Assembly (NCBI GenBank): GCA_963790475.1 | Contig: CAWBOS010000010.1 | Location: forward strand, 1,024,001 to 1,088,000 | Origin: an uncultured delta proteobacterium | GTDB lineage: Bacteria; Desulfobacterota; RBG-13-43-22 | Direction: 5' to 3' | Length of the DNA: 64,000 bases | Shown: one piece after another, positions 10,389-22,600 of the stretch | How the letters are laid out: each line of letters begins with the position of its first letter | Numbering within the stretch: position 1 is the first letter of the stretch | Made by a program: the position numbers and the translations under genes | The notes under the pieces: model-generated | The model's database searches: none | Told to the model about the DNA's origin: nothing | Seen by the model: the letters and a program-made list of their open reading frames with translations, nothing else

Positions 10389-12908
10389 ATGTTAAACAGC
10401 TTGATTAAGAAAGTAGTCGGGACCAAAAACGACAGAGAACTGAAACGTATGGCCCCGGTTGTGGATCGTATCAGCGACCTGGAAAAAGAGTTGCGCACCT
10501 TGAGTGACGCCGGGCTTCAAGCCAAAACCGCACAATTCAAGGAACAGTTGGTTCAAGGGGCTTCTCTGGATGATATCCTTCCCGAAGCCTTTGCCGTGGT
10601 CCGGGAGGCCTCAGTCCGGGTCCTGGGACTGAGACCCTTTGATGTTCAGGTCATCGGCGGGATGGTCCTCCATGAAGGGAAAATCGCTGAAATGAAAACC
10701 GGGGAAGGGAAAACCCTGGCCGCCACCCTCCCGGTATACCTGAATGCCTTGACCGGAGAGGGGGTTCATGTGGTTACGGTCAATGATTATCTGGCCCGCC
10801 GGGACAGCGAGTGGATGGGAGGGATCTATCGATTCTTGGGACTTTCCGTGGGGGTCATTGTCCATGACCTGGATAAGGAAGGCCGGAGGGCGGCCTATGG
10901 TTCGGATGTGACCTACGGGACCAATAATGAATTCGGATTCGACTATCTCCGGGACAACATGGAATTCTCCCTGGCCAATTATGTGCAGCGCCCTTTTAAT
11001 TACGCCATCGTGGACGAAGTGGATAGCATCCTGATCGATGAAGCCCGTACCCCGCTGATCATCTCCGGACCCGCGGAAAAATCCACCCGTATGTATCAAG
11101 ACATCAACCAGATCATCCCCCGCCTGCATCCGGAGAAGGACTATACCATTGAAGAAAAGACCCGGACTGTGGCCCTGACCGAAGTGGGAGTGGCCCATGC
11201 CGAAAAGTTGCTCAAAGTGGATAACCTCTATGATCCGCGTTACATGCTGATGGTCCACCACATCAACCAGGCCCTCAAGGCCCATACTCTGTTCAAAAGA
11301 GATGTGGACTATATCGTCAAAGAAGGCGAGGTTATCATTGTCGATGAATTCACCGGCCGGCTCATGCCCGGCCGGCGTTACAGCGAAGGTCTCCACCAGG
11401 CCCTGGAAGCCAAAGAGGGAGTGCGGGTTGAAAGTGAGAACCAGACCCTGGCCACCATCACCTTTCAGAATTATTTTCGCATGTATAAAAAATTAAGCGG
11501 CATGACCGGAACCGCCGATACCGAGGCCCCGGAATTCAAAAAAATATACAAATTAGATGTAATGGTCATCCCCACACACAAAAAAATGATCCGGGAAGAT
11601 TTTCCGGACGTTATCTATCGCAACGAAGCGGAAAAATTTCGGGCCATTATCGAAGAAATAAAACGGCTGCACACCAAAGGGCAGCCGGTCCTGGTGGGGA
11701 CGATTTCTATCGACAAATCCGAGAGGCTGGCCAAGGTCCTCGCTCGGGAAGGAATCAAGCACTCGGTCCTGAATGCCAAAAATCATCAATTGGAAGCCGA
11801 AATCGTGGCCTCAGCCGGGCAAAAAGAGGTGGTGACTATCTCCACCAATATGGCTGGCCGGGGAACCGATATTGTTCTTGGAGAGGGGGTCAATGAATTA
11901 GGGGGGCTGCATATCCTGGGCACGGAACGCCATGAATCCCGCCGTATCGACAACCAACTCCGGGGCCGTTCCGGTCGGCAGGGCGATCAGGGGAGTTCCC
12001 GTTTTTATCTGTCTCTGGAGGATGATTTGCTGCGCATCTTTGGCTCAGACCGAATTTCCGGCCTCATGGGGAAAATGGGCATGGAAGAAGGGGAGCCCAT
12101 CGAACATTCCCTTATTTCCAAGGCCATCGAAAATGCCCAGCGCCGCGTGGAAGGGCACAATTTCGAAATCAGGAAACATCTCATTGAGTACGATGATGTC
12201 ATGAATCAACAACGGGAGGTTATTTACGGGCAGAGGCGCAAGGTCCTGGAAGGTCAGGAATTGAGGGAAATGGTCCGGGAAATGACCCAGGACCTGTTGG
12301 ATGAAATTGTAGGATTGTTTGTCAATGACAAAATTCCCCCTGAAGAATGGGACCTCAAATCCCTGGCCGACAAACTCTTTCAACAATTTTCCATGAAGGT
12401 TTCTTTTAATGGGAATGAACCCCTTCCGGAACCGGAGGAATTGAAAGAAAGGCTCCAGGAACAAGCCTGGTCGGCCTACCTGAAAAAAGTGGAAACCATC
12501 GGATCTGAAGTTATGGACTCTCTGGAACAGATGGTCATGCTGGAGACGATCGATAATACCTGGAAAGATCACTTACTCAGCATGGACCATTTGAAGGAAG
12601 GGATCGGCCTGAGGGGCTATGGCCAGCGTGATCCTCTGCGAGAATATCAACGGGAAGGTTACGAGATGTTCGTGGAAATGTACGAACGGGTCAAAGAACA
12701 GACCTTGGCCAACCTTTTTCGACTTCAGCTGGCCCGGGAAGAGGATCTTCAGCCCCTGATTGAGCCTCAAGAAAGGCAGATGTTCTTTAGTCATAGTGGA
12801 GAGGAAACGGCTGTGCCGAAAAAAAGAGAAGGAAAGAAGGTAGGAAGAAATGACCCCTGTCCATGCGGGAGCGGGAAAAAATACAAAAGGTGCTGCGGCC
12901 AGAAATAA
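10389..12908 (+). CDS. secA: Preprotein translocase subunit SecA
   Basis: [29 protein letters not shown]-terminal SEC-C motif [18 protein letters not shown]. Confidence 0.99.
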   Translation: MLNSLIKKVVGTKNDRELKRMAPVVDRISDLEKELRTLSDAGLQAKTAQFKEQLVQGASLDDILPEAFAVVREASVRVLGLRPFDVQVIGGMVLHEGKIAEMKTGEGKTLAATLPVYLNALTGEGVHVVTVNDYLARRDSEWMGGIYRFLGLSVGVIVHDLDKEGRRAAYGSDVTYGTNNEFGFDYLRDNMEFSLANYVQRPFNYAIVDEVDSILIDEARTPLIISGPAEKSTRMYQDINQIIPRLHPEKDYTIEEKTRTVALTEVGVAHAEKLLKVDNLYDPRYMLMVHHINQALKAHTLFKRDVDYIVKEGEVIIVDEFTGRLMPGRRYSEGLHQALEAKEGVRVESENQTLATITFQNYFRMYKKLSGMTGTADTEAPEFKKIYKLDVMVIPTHKKMIREDFPDVIYRNEAEKFRAIIEEIKRLHTKGQPVLVGTISIDKSERLAKVLAREGIKHSVLNAKNHQLEAEIVASAGQKEVVTISTNMAGRGTDIVLGEGVNELGGLHILGTERHESRRIDNQLRGRSGRQGDQGSSRFYLSLEDDLLRIFGSDRISGLMGKMGMEEGEPIEHSLISKAIENAQRRVEGHNFEIRKHLIEYDDVMNQQREVIYGQRRKVLEGQELREMVREMTQDLLDEIVGLFVNDKIPPEEWDLKSLADKLFQQFSMKVSFNGNEPLPEPEELKERLQEQAWSAYLKKVETIGSEVMDSLEQMVMLETIDNTWKDHLLSMDHLKEGIGLRGYGQRDPLREYQREGYEMFVEMYERVKEQTLANLFRLQLAREEDLQPLIEPQERQMFFSHSGEETAVPKKREGKKVGRNDPCPCGSGKKYKRCCGQK

Positions 12909-14100
12909 GGGATTTCAGGTCCCGGGTTTTTTGGCCTCGGCTATTTCATCAGAAATTAAGAAAGGTAATACCCGCCCGGATCTGGGATTGATTTATTCCG
13001 AAGTCCCGGCCGTGACGGCCGGGGTCTTCACTCGTAATCTGGTCAAGGCGGCTCCGGTTCAGATTGATCTGGAAAGGATCGTTAAGCAGGAAGGCCGGGC
13101 CGTCCTGGTCAACAGCGGCAATGCCAACGCCTGCACCGGGCCGGGGGGGCTATTCGATGCCCGGAAGCTGTCGCTCAAAATTTCCCGAGAATTATCCATT
13201 CCGGACTCCCAGGTTTATCTGGCTTCAACGGGGGTGATCGGGCAGCGTTTACCCCTGACCCGAATGATGAAGGCCGCCCCTTCTCTGGTGCAATTATTGT
13301 CCCCTCAAGGACTACCAGCGGTTGCCGAAGCCATTATGACCACCGATACCTTTCCCAAACTCCTCACTAAAGAAATATCTGTTGGCAGGAAAAAGGTCCA
13401 TATAGTTGGCATGGCCAAAGGGTCTGGTATGATACACCCCGATATGGCGACCATGCTCTGTTTTGTGCTGACCGATCTGGCCGTCTCCCCTGCCCTTTTG
13501 GACCGGTTTTTAAGAAAAGCGACGGACCAGTCCTTTAACCGGATTACCGTCGACGGGGATACCAGTACCAATGATCTGATCCTGGTTATGGCCAATGGTC
13601 TGGCTGGAAACCCTTTGCTGGACCTTCCCCAGTCAACCGGAGCTCGGGTTTTTTCCAAGACACTGGATGAACTCCTTCTAAAACTGGCCCGGATGTGTGT
13701 CCGAGACGGCGAAGGGGCCACCAAAGAGATTACCCTCCGTATCGAAGGCACTCGTAATGAGGAAGAAGCTCGAACCCTGGCCCTGACCGTAGCTCATTCT
13801 CCCTTGGTGAAAACAGCCCTTTTCGGGCAGGATGCCAATTGGGGAAGGATCCTGGCCGCCCTGGGCCGATCCGGCGTTTCCTTTGATCCGGAAAAGGTGG
13901 ATATCTATTTTGATCATATTCAAATTGTCAAAAATGGAATCAGCAAGGGGCCTAAGGAAGAAGCCCAAGCCGGCGCAGTCTTGAAAAAACCTTCTCTGAC
14001 TATCCGGATCGCTATGCATCAAGGATCGGCTGACATCCAGGTCTATACCTGCGATCTTTCCCTGGATTATGTTCGAATCAATGCCGATTATCGAACCTGA
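12850..14100 (+). CDS. argJ: Glutamate N-acetyltransferase / ornithine acetyltransferase ArgJ
   Basis: [24 protein letters not shown] autocleavage motif, DGDTSTND and RDGEGATK; the only in-frame start overlaps the secA end. Confidence 0.96.
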   Translation: MTPVHAGAGKNTKGAAARNKGFQVPGFLASAISSEIKKGNTRPDLGLIYSEVPAVTAGVFTRNLVKAAPVQIDLERIVKQEGRAVLVNSGNANACTGPGGLFDARKLSLKISRELSIPDSQVYLASTGVIGQRLPLTRMMKAAPSLVQLLSPQGLPAVAEAIMTTDTFPKLLTKEISVGRKKVHIVGMAKGSGMIHPDMATMLCFVLTDLAVSPALLDRFLRKATDQSFNRITVDGDTSTNDLILVMANGLAGNPLLDLPQSTGARVFSKTLDELLLKLARMCVRDGEGATKEITLRIEGTRNEEEARTLALTVAHSPLVKTALFGQDANWGRILAALGRSGVSFDPEKVDIYFDHIQIVKNGISKGPKEEAQAGAVLKKPSLTIRIAMHQGSADIQVYTCDLSLDYVRINADYRT

Positions 14101-14102
14101 AA

Positions 14103-14267
14103 GGGCAGAGCGCATAGAGCGGAGGGCAAAGAGCAAAGCGAAAAAAATTAAAACCAAAAGCATCTTGGTCCTTTTCAGGTCGGCTCTTACCAGAAACCTT
14201 TGCACTTTGCCCTTAACTTTTGGCCTTCTGTTGTTTACCCTGGGCCCTATGCTCTTTGCGATTTGCT
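14103..14267. repeat. Two inverted heptamer-period arrays in the argJ-ade spacer
   Basis: Left arm gggcaga gcgcata gagcgga gggcaaa gagcaaa; right arm ctttgca ctttgcc ... ctatgct ctttgcg atttgct. Confidence 0.65.
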
Positions 14268-14277
14268 CCAATAGCCG

Positions 14278-15993
14278 ATGACCACCGCCAAACTCCAAAA
14301 ACTAATCCGCGTTGCCCGAGGGGAAATCCCGGCCGACCTGGTTCTTAAGGGAGGTAAGGTGGTCAATGTTTTTTCCTGCGAAATCCAGGAAACCGATGTG
14401 GCGATTTCCGAAGATCAAATTGCGGGACTCGGTTCTTATCAGGGCTGCGAAATCCTCGATTGTCGTCAACGTTATATTTGCCCTGGATTTATCGATGGGC
14501 ACCTGCATATTGAAAGCACCCTGCTGACACCGGCCAATCTCGCTCCAGTGCTTCTACCTTTAGGCACAACCACTGTTATTGCCGACCCCCACGAAATTGC
14601 CAATGTTCTGGGCCTGACCGGCGTTAAATTTATGTTGGACAACAGCGCTGGGCTTCCTCTGGAAATTTATTTCATGGCCCCTTCCTGTGTCCCGGCCACC
14701 CCGCTGGAAACTTCAGGAGCGGTCCTGACCATGAAAGAATTACGACTGCTTCGCCGGCATCCCAGGATTTTGGGTTTGGCTGAAATGATGAATTTCCCGG
14801 GAGTTCTGCAGAGAGATTCTGAGATATTGAAAAAATTATCCGCCTTTCAAAATAAAATTATAGACGGGCATGCCCCGCTTTTGTCCGGGAAAGATCTTTG
14901 TGCTTATCTGACTGCCGGGATCGGGTCCGATCATGAAAGCACCCAATTAGCCGAAGCCCGGGAAAAACTGGCCCTGGGGATGATAGTGATGATTCGGGAA
15001 GACACAGAGGCCAAAAATTTAAAAGACCTTCTTCCCCTGGTTACGCCCGAAAACGCCCGGCGTTGCCTCCTGGTCACCGATGATCGACCTCCTGAACAAC
15101 TGGTCAAAGAAGGGCACCTTAACGCGGTCCTAAAACAAGCCGTCGGTCTGGGGTTAGACCCCATTCGGGCCATTCAATTGGTGACCTTGAATACGGCCGA
15201 ATATTTTGGATTACGTCATCTGGGGGCGGTCGCCCCCGGCTATCAAGCGGATATAGTGGTGTTGAATTCGCTGGCCGGCATGGCGGTCGATTCAGTTCTA
15301 AAAAAAGGGAAGCCGGTGGCTAATAAAGGCCGGTTTCTGGGGAAGGTGACCCGGCCAAGGAATCCCAAAAGCCTTTCCATGATGAACATCAAAGACCTTC
15401 ATACCGAAAGATTTCGAATTCCGATGGAGGGACAATGGGCTAGAGTTATAGAATTGGTACCCGATCAGATTTTAACTAAGGCTATCCGCCATAAAGTTCA
15501 TGGAAAAGATGGATGGATAATCCTGAATCCGCAGGAAGATCTGGTGATTCTGGCCTGTGTGGAACGTCATTATGGAACAGGAAACGTGGGATTGGGGCTG
15601 GTTAAAGGATTCGGACTTTCCCAGGGCGCCATCGCCTCTTCCGTGGCCCATGATTCCCATAATATTGTGGCTATTGGACGTGAACCTGGAGAAATGCTCC
15701 TGGCCGTCAAGGCCGTAAAGGAAATGAAAGGAGGGCTGGTGATTGTGGTTAAAGGTAAAGTTAAGGCCGGGCTTCCTTTACCGGTGGCCGGGCTGATGTC
15801 CGATCAATCTCTGGACAAGGTCGTTCGACGGCAGAAGGCTTTGCTCCGGGCTGTCCCCTTGACCGGCTGCACTTTAAAAAATCCATTTCTCGCCTTGTCC
15901 TTCCTGGCCCTGCCGGTCATCCCGGAATTAAAGATTACCGACCACGGACTGGTGGATGTCAACCGCTTTAAAATTGTTTCACTTTTTAATTAA
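14278..15993 (+). CDS. ade: Adenine deaminase
   Basis: PGFIDGHLHIES, DPHEIANV, LAEMMN, DGHAP and SVAHDSHN. Confidence 0.96.
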   Translation: MTTAKLQKLIRVARGEIPADLVLKGGKVVNVFSCEIQETDVAISEDQIAGLGSYQGCEILDCRQRYICPGFIDGHLHIESTLLTPANLAPVLLPLGTTTVIADPHEIANVLGLTGVKFMLDNSAGLPLEIYFMAPSCVPATPLETSGAVLTMKELRLLRRHPRILGLAEMMNFPGVLQRDSEILKKLSAFQNKIIDGHAPLLSGKDLCAYLTAGIGSDHESTQLAEAREKLALGMIVMIREDTEAKNLKDLLPLVTPENARRCLLVTDDRPPEQLVKEGHLNAVLKQAVGLGLDPIRAIQLVTLNTAEYFGLRHLGAVAPGYQADIVVLNSLAGMAVDSVLKKGKPVANKGRFLGKVTRPRNPKSLSMMNIKDLHTERFRIPMEGQWARVIELVPDQILTKAIRHKVHGKDGWIILNPQEDLVILACVERHYGTGNVGLGLVKGFGLSQGAIASSVAHDSHNIVAIGREPGEMLLAVKAVKEMKGGLVIVVKGKVKAGLPLPVAGLMSDQSLDKVVRRQKALLRAVPLTGCTLKNPFLALSFLALPVIPELKITDHGLVDVNRFKIVSLFN

Positions 15994-16033
15994 GGAAACC
16001 GTTTTATAAAACAGATAAACTCGTTGGAGAATT

Positions 16034-17618
16034 TTGTTGTCCATTTTGACAGATCAAGACCAAGTTGTCCGGGCCATGCTCAGGCCCGAAGCTTACCCGC
16101 ACGTCCCCCCAAAAATCATCCACCTCCAGACTCATATCTCCCATATTTTTCTAACCGGGGGGCTGGTTTATAAAATCAAAAAGCCGGTAGATTTCGGGTT
16201 TCTGGATTTTACCACCTTAGCCAAGAGGCGATATTTCTGTCACCAGGAAGTCCTGCTTAACCGTCGGCTGACTAAGGATATTTACCTGGGGGTTATCAAG
16301 ATAACCAACGAAAGAGGAAGACCGGTAATCAACGGTAAAGGATCGGTCCTGGACTATGCGGTTTTGATGAAGGAGATGCCCCAGGACCGGATGATGAATC
16401 GTTTATTAGCTGAAAACAAAGTCAAGGAAAGAGACGTTCGAGCCCTGGTCCGAGTTTTGGTCCCTTTTTATCGTCAGGCCCGAACCGGGAAAGGGATCAA
16501 TCCTTTTGGGAGAATAGAGATTTGGGCTAAAAATACGGAAGAAAACTTTGCTGAGACCCGACCCTATGTCGGCCGCTTGGTTTCCGCCCGGGTTTATACC
16601 CGGATCGTCCAAGCGACCCGGGATTTTTTAACCCGAGAGAAAGATCTTTTCAAGAAACGTGTTCGGGAAGGATTCATCCGGGATTGTCATGGGGACCTTC
16701 ATTCGGCCAACATCTGTCTGGATAAGAACCCCCTTGATTTATGACTGTATCGAGTTCAATCATCGTTTCAGATACAATGATATCGCTTGCGATCTGGCCT
16801 TTCTGGCCATGGACCTTGATTTTAACGGCCACCCGGAACTCTCCGATCTTTTGCAAAGAGAATATGTGCGGCGGTCAGACGATCACGATCTTCCGCGGTT
16901 ATTTAATTTTTACAAAAGTTATCGGGCTTATGTACGGGCCAAGATTCATTCCTTCACTTCCGAGGGGTCCGGTCTGTCAGCCAAAGAAAAGAGAAATGAA
17001 ATTCAATCGGCTAAAAAATATTATCAATTGGCCGATCGATACCTCCGAAGGGAACGCACTCCCCAGATAATAGTGGTCTTTGGTCTGATGGGCAGCGGCA
17101 AGACCTCTCTGGCCAGAGCCTTAGCCGCGGAAACCGGCTGGCCCGTGATCAGCTCGGATGAAATCAGAAAAACCATCCAAGGGATTTCTCCTACGGCCAG
17201 GCATTGGGAACCTTTCGGAAATGGAATATATTCGGAAAAGATGTCGAAAAAAACCTATCGGGAGATAAGGAAGCTAGCCGAAAAAATACTCAAACAGGGC
17301 CGATCGGTTATTCTGGATGGATCCTATAAGCGGCAAGAGGAACGTCTGGCCTTGATGAGACTGGCCCGGAAAACTAAGGCCCGCATCAGCTTTCTCGAAT
17401 GTCGCGCTCCTTTAAAAACAATCCGCATTCGGTTGGATCAACGGAGCCGGAATGCCCGGGCTGTCTCCGACGGTCGCTGGGAACTCTTCAATCTGCAGCG
17501 GCGAGATTTCGATCCCGTGCTGGATCCGGTTTTATCAAACTCCCTTTTGATCAAAACCATCCATCCTGCGGAACAAATTGCCCGGAAGCTCATCAGGGAA
17601 ATCAGGGCCGATGCTTGA
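16034..17618 (+). pseudogene. Aminoglycoside-phosphotransferase-like kinase / AAA_33 ATPase fusion split by a +1 frameshift (pseudogene or sequencing error)
   Basis: THISH and CHGDLHSANI in ORF 16034-16744 continue as PLIYDCIEFN and GLMGSGKTS in ORF 16659-17618; removing one C from the C5 run at 16729-16733 joins them. Confidence 0.85.
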
Positions 17619-19581
17619 TAAATTTCTATTGGCTTCAGATCGAACCTTACCTCCGGCATGGGTCATCACTTTTTTTGTTCTCCTGTCTTTGGCCGTTTTG
17701 ATTTTTCATATGCCCGAAAACATAACCGCGGTCCTCGCGATAGCTTTCTTTTTTCTTCTGGCAACGCTCCATCCCATTAATGGAATCAGTTTCATGGTCC
17801 TGTCCATCCCTCTTTTCTTGGGGGCAGCCCATAAACCTTATTTTTTTCTTTTTGAAATCCTGGTCTATAGCACCCTTATTCTCGGATTTTTTCGCTTATG
17901 GAAAGAACAAAGACCTGCCGAAATCCCCTTCAAACCCCTAATCCTATTGTTCCTCCTGGCCACCCTGTTCAGCATCCCCATTAATGCCAAGGAATATTAC
18001 TGGGAGTTTTGGGCCACACCGGCAAAAGATATTTGGTTTCAATGGATGAGAGGACATGAGAAGTTCCCGCTCATCCATCTCCGGGCCTTGACCAATCTCA
18101 TCAGCGGAATCCTGCTGTTTATTTTGACCGCCAACCTCTTTTCCAGAAACACCTATAATGATTTGGAAAAGATTCTTAAGGCTATGATCTGGATGGCGGT
18201 TTTGGTCTGCCTGGTGGGAATCCTTTTCCTTTTCAAAATCATTCCCTTCCAGCTCAAAACCTATTTGTCCCTTTCTCTGGCCGGCACTCATGAGGGGGCC
18301 ATCTCCGCCTTATCCTTCAACCGCCAATATCTGGCCCAGTATCTCTTGCTACTCTTCCCTTTTATATTTTATTTTCTATATTTAAATCGGAAGAAAATGC
18401 CCTGGATGATCCTGTATCTCTTGGTCCTCTGTCTTTTCATTTTCTCTCTTTCAGCCAGTATGCAGCGGAGTGTCTTTGCGGTTCTGTTCTTGGAACTCCT
18501 CTTTTTGACTGCATTCTATACCAAATATATTTCAATGCGAAAAAAGACATCGGTTTTCCTTTTCCTGATCCCCTTCCTCTTTGTGGCCGGCATGTTCTTG
18601 CTCGATTTTCTTTTTCTTAATAAAAGATTCCTCTCCCGAATCATACTAATTGGCGTTTCCGACCCGGACCAAAGACGGATCCATCTCTGGGACACCGCCT
18701 GGAATATGTTTCGACATTCCCCCTTTTTGGGAGTGGGCCTGGGTAAATTTTTTGAATTCTTTCCGGAATTTTTTACCGACACCCAGGTCAGTTGGAAGAC
18801 CTTCGGTATGGTCCGGGGAGAGCCTCATTCCTTTTTTTTCCAGACCCTGGCCGAACAAGGGGCCTTCGGCCTTCTTCTTTTCCTAACTCTGGTTGTTGCC
18901 GTCATTTACCATATGATGAAAAAAGCCAAGGAAGAGCCAAAGTCTGAGCATCAATTGTTATCCGTTGGCCTGACGGTCTCCTTAATGGCCTGGTTGATAT
19001 TAGGATTATTTCATAATGTAGCCTATGTGCGTTCCCTGGGTGTTCTTTTCTGGGTCCTCTTGGGTTGGTCGGCTGCTCTGACCACCCCACCTGCGGGATC
19101 GGCAATGACCAAGTTAAGAACCAGATCCTTTTTATTTGGTTTGCTGGTCTTGATCGCTGCCCTGGGGTATCAGATCAAATTGATTCATGACCGCCCCCTA
19201 AGCCCTTTTTTTCAAGCCGGGTTATATGAACCTGAGACCCTCCCCGGTGGTGAACAAATCCGTTGGACCGGGAAAAAGGCTGTTATCTACGCAGATGTCC
19301 AAGGGAACGAAAAGGTATTATTTGTCTCGGCACCCTTACCGGGGATAGTCGATCATCCTCAGAAAGTTCGGTTTTGGTTTGGCGGGAAGATGCAGGTAGT
19401 CGTATTGAAAGATACGGACTGGCACCGGATCTCTCTCCAGGCAGAGAAGCCATTTACGGGAAAGATGCTTCTCAGAATAGAAACAGGTTACACTTTCAAT
19501 CCCAAGAAGGCCAAGGTTAGTGATGATGACCGCGATCTGGGGATAATGATCAAGGGAATTTCCAGAGAGGCTTCGAGGTGA
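17611..19581 (+). CDS. O-antigen ligase (Wzy_C/WaaL/O-OTase-like) membrane protein with a C-terminal soluble domain
   Basis: Many TM segments; R..LW..AW.MF..SPFLGVGLG, PHSFFFQTLAEQGAFG; C-terminal WTG...DDRDLG; start placed at ATG 17611. Confidence 0.85.
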   Translation: MLDKFLLASDRTLPPAWVITFFVLLSLAVLIFHMPENITAVLAIAFFFLLATLHPINGISFMVLSIPLFLGAAHKPYFFLFEILVYSTLILGFFRLWKEQRPAEIPFKPLILLFLLATLFSIPINAKEYYWEFWATPAKDIWFQWMRGHEKFPLIHLRALTNLISGILLFILTANLFSRNTYNDLEKILKAMIWMAVLVCLVGILFLFKIIPFQLKTYLSLSLAGTHEGAISALSFNRQYLAQYLLLLFPFIFYFLYLNRKKMPWMILYLLVLCLFIFSLSASMQRSVFAVLFLELLFLTAFYTKYISMRKKTSVFLFLIPFLFVAGMFLLDFLFLNKRFLSRIILIGVSDPDQRRIHLWDTAWNMFRHSPFLGVGLGKFFEFFPEFFTDTQVSWKTFGMVRGEPHSFFFQTLAEQGAFGLLLFLTLVVAVIYHMMKKAKEEPKSEHQLLSVGLTVSLMAWLILGLFHNVAYVRSLGVLFWVLLGWSAALTTPPAGSAMTKLRTRSFLFGLLVLIAALGYQIKLIHDRPLSPFFQAGLYEPETLPGGEQIRWTGKKAVIYADVQGNEKVLFVSAPLPGIVDHPQKVRFWFGGKMQVVVLKDTDWHRISLQAEKPFTGKMLLRIETGYTFNPKKAKVSDDDRDLGIMIKGISREASR

Positions 19582-19614
19582 AAATCAATAAATTTCCCTT
19601 TCGGAGAAGACAAA

Positions 19615-19651
19615 CTGCAGGCACCCAGGTTTAGACCCTGGGTGCCTGCAG
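19615..19651. terminator. Perfect 15-bp hairpin between convergent genes, probable bidirectional terminator
   Basis: ctgcaggcacccagg, 7-nt loop, cctgggtgcctgcag. Confidence 0.75.
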
Positions 19652-19668
19652 GCTAATAAAGGTTAATG

Positions 19669-22600
19669 TTATTTAATATCCCAGTTCAGGTCACCAACGG
19701 TTCCAGGTGATCCCTGAGAGGCAAGGGTGGTGCCGTTCATCAGCCAGATCATGACCTGGCCGGTGGATTTATTCCGCCAGAGGATGTCGGACTTGCCGTC
19801 TCCATTGTAATCTCTGGTACCCCTGATCTCCCAGTTCAGGTCGCTGACGGTAGCCGGTGAGCCCTGGGAAACAACTGTGGTGCCGTTCATCAGCCAGATG
19901 TAGACCTGGCCGGAGGTAGCATGCCTCCAGAGGATGTCCGTAGATCCATCTCCGTTGAAATCACCGACACCCCTGATCTGCCAGTTCAGGTCGCTGATGG
20001 TACCCGGCGAACCCTGCGAAGCAAGGGTAGTGCCGTTCATCAACCAGATGAAGACCTGGCCGGTGGACTTATTCTGCCAGAGAATGTCCGCAGATCCGTC
20101 TCCGTTGAAATTACCAACATGCTTGATGTCCCAGTTCAGGTCGCTGACGGTAGCCGGTGAAGCCTGGGAAGCAATGATGGTGCCATTCATCTGCCAGATT
20201 TCGACCTGGCCGGTGGACTTATTCTGCCAGATAATTTCCCTTTTCCCAACACCCTTGATATCCCAGTTCAGGTCGCCGATGGTAGCCGGTGAGCCCTGGA
20301 GAGCAATGGTGTCGCCGTTCATCAGCCAGATTTCGACCTGGCCGGTGGCCTTATTCCGCCAGACAATATCCGCGACACTGTCACTGTTGAAATCACCGAC
20401 ACCCCTGATCTCCCAATTCGGATCGCTGATGGTAGCCGGCGAACCCTCGGCAATAAGGGTGGTGCCGTTCATATTCCAGATTTCAACCTGGCCGGAAGCG
20501 GCATTCCTCCAGACGATGTCCGCAAATCCATCACTGTTGAAATCGCCTCCTACGGTTACAGTGTAGGCTAAAGGTGACGAGGTCGCGTCGGCTGTCGCTG
20601 ACAGAGGGTTGGTTCGCACATCAACCGTTATTTGATAAATACCAGACGGCATTGAAAGAGGCATCGTCCATGTATTACTGGTGCTATAATCCTGCACCGT
20701 AGTTCCATTTTTCTGGAATCGATACTGGTAGCTGTTAGAACCGACACCAGTGGCAGTAAACGTGACCGTCGTATTATTAGTCTGCGGACTCGGCGGGCTA
20801 ACGGCTAACGTCACATCCGTAGCCGGAGGAGGAACGATTTCAAAGGCGAGTTCCCCGGTGACATCCGGAGCCACCGGCGCCGCACCGGTGCCCGCATCGA
20901 CGGTCAGCGTGTAACTGCCGGCAGGAAATCCGGTCATGGTCCAGGTAGTGAGTGTGTTCCAATCCTGTACCACCGTGCTGACCGGAACACCCGTACTGGT
21001 CGGGACATAATTAAGGGTGAATCGATAATGGTCGGAGCCGGTGGCCGGTGAGATGGCTCCCACGGTGAAGACCACCGCCTCTGCCGGCGCCGGACCACCA
21101 TTGGTATACCAGAATGGTTTCCCCAGGGTTGTGTTGGGCAAAGGGTTGCCCGTGGGGGGAGACATCAAAAGCGGATTAAAGACAATGGGCCGCATCATGT
21201 CATTTTCTTCATGGCCCAGCAGGTGGCAATGCCAGACATATTCCCAGCCGAAGTCGGTCACCACGTTGGAGATGCCGGCCGGTGTCGGCGTGCCTGGCAC
21301 AGGGGCCGGCTGTATATAATTGGCCGTGGAACCCGCCGGTGTGGTCACGTCCATTAGCCGGGTGCTCCGGGGAATCGGGAAAGGAAGCGACATGTGCCGC
21401 GGCTGGACCGCCAAGATAAGGTCCGTGAACGGTTCCGTCCGGACGGTTTCCTTCCAGCCCAGTTCATTAGCCTCGGGCGGCAACATGGTGTTGGTAAAGT
21501 CCACCCGGTTGACCACCTGCAGGTTGGCCAGGTGGAAGTGAACGGCATGGTTGTCTACGCCGAGGTGGGACAAGCGGAAGACATAGGTCTGGCCGTCGTT
21601 CCAGAAGTCAGAGGGCGGATCGATATACTGGGCGATGCCGGGCACTGCGGGCGCGGGGGGCGGGGGGACAAGGGTCGCTTCCAGCGGTGTAGGGGTGGTG
21701 CCGAGCATGACGTTCATTCGCCCGTAGTTTATATCGAACCCCTCGGTGATGTTCTTCATGCCAATCACCGAATCATTGGTCAGCCGGGCATCGGCCGTAG
21801 CGCCGGTGCCGCCGCCGCCGGTGAGGTAGACAAAAGGAGCCTTGGTGTAGCCCGAACCTCCGTTTGTAACCTGGATATGGGCGACAGCGCCGCAGGTGAG
21901 TCCTGATGCGGCTGTAGCGCCCGCGCCGGTAGGATCACCCAATGCGGTGGTGATCGTTACGGCCGGATTCGTGGCCGCCGTGCATTCCGCGGTATAACCT
22001 GCACCCGGGTCCGTCACCGTGATGGCGGTAACTTGGCCGCCGGATATGCTGGCCACGGCTGTGGCTTGTACGCACGTCGTATTATTGAGGGCACCACAGC
22101 CTATCGGCGCGACGATGGCGACCGTCGGAGGGAGGGTATAGGGGGTGGCGGGGGAGGTAGCTCCAAGGGTCACCGTTACGGCCGTAACGCCATCAAGCGC
22201 TGCCGTTGCCGCTGCGCCTGAGCCATTGCCATCGGCGCTGATAAAGCTAACGGCCGGTGCCGTGGTATAACCGGAGCCTCCAAGCGTAGTGAGGACCCGA
22301 CTAACGGACTGGACACCTCCCACGAGGTTCACGGTCGAGTCCGTGTTATTGACAAAGGTGTCGACATTTGCCGTGCCAAAAGCCGGATTATAGGCAGCTT
22401 GCTTCACGATAGGCGGGGCCTGCGTGGCACCAAAGGCTTTGGGCAGGGCCGCTTGCAGTGCCCCCAGGTTGAAGGGCGCAGCGCCATTCGCCGAGACCCG
22501 AATCTGCATGATCGTGCGGGTATTGGGCCCGAAACCGGCAGGGGTCGTGGGCGCGCCGCCGGTGGATCTCATATCCGGATCGCCGGTGTAGAGGTCATAG

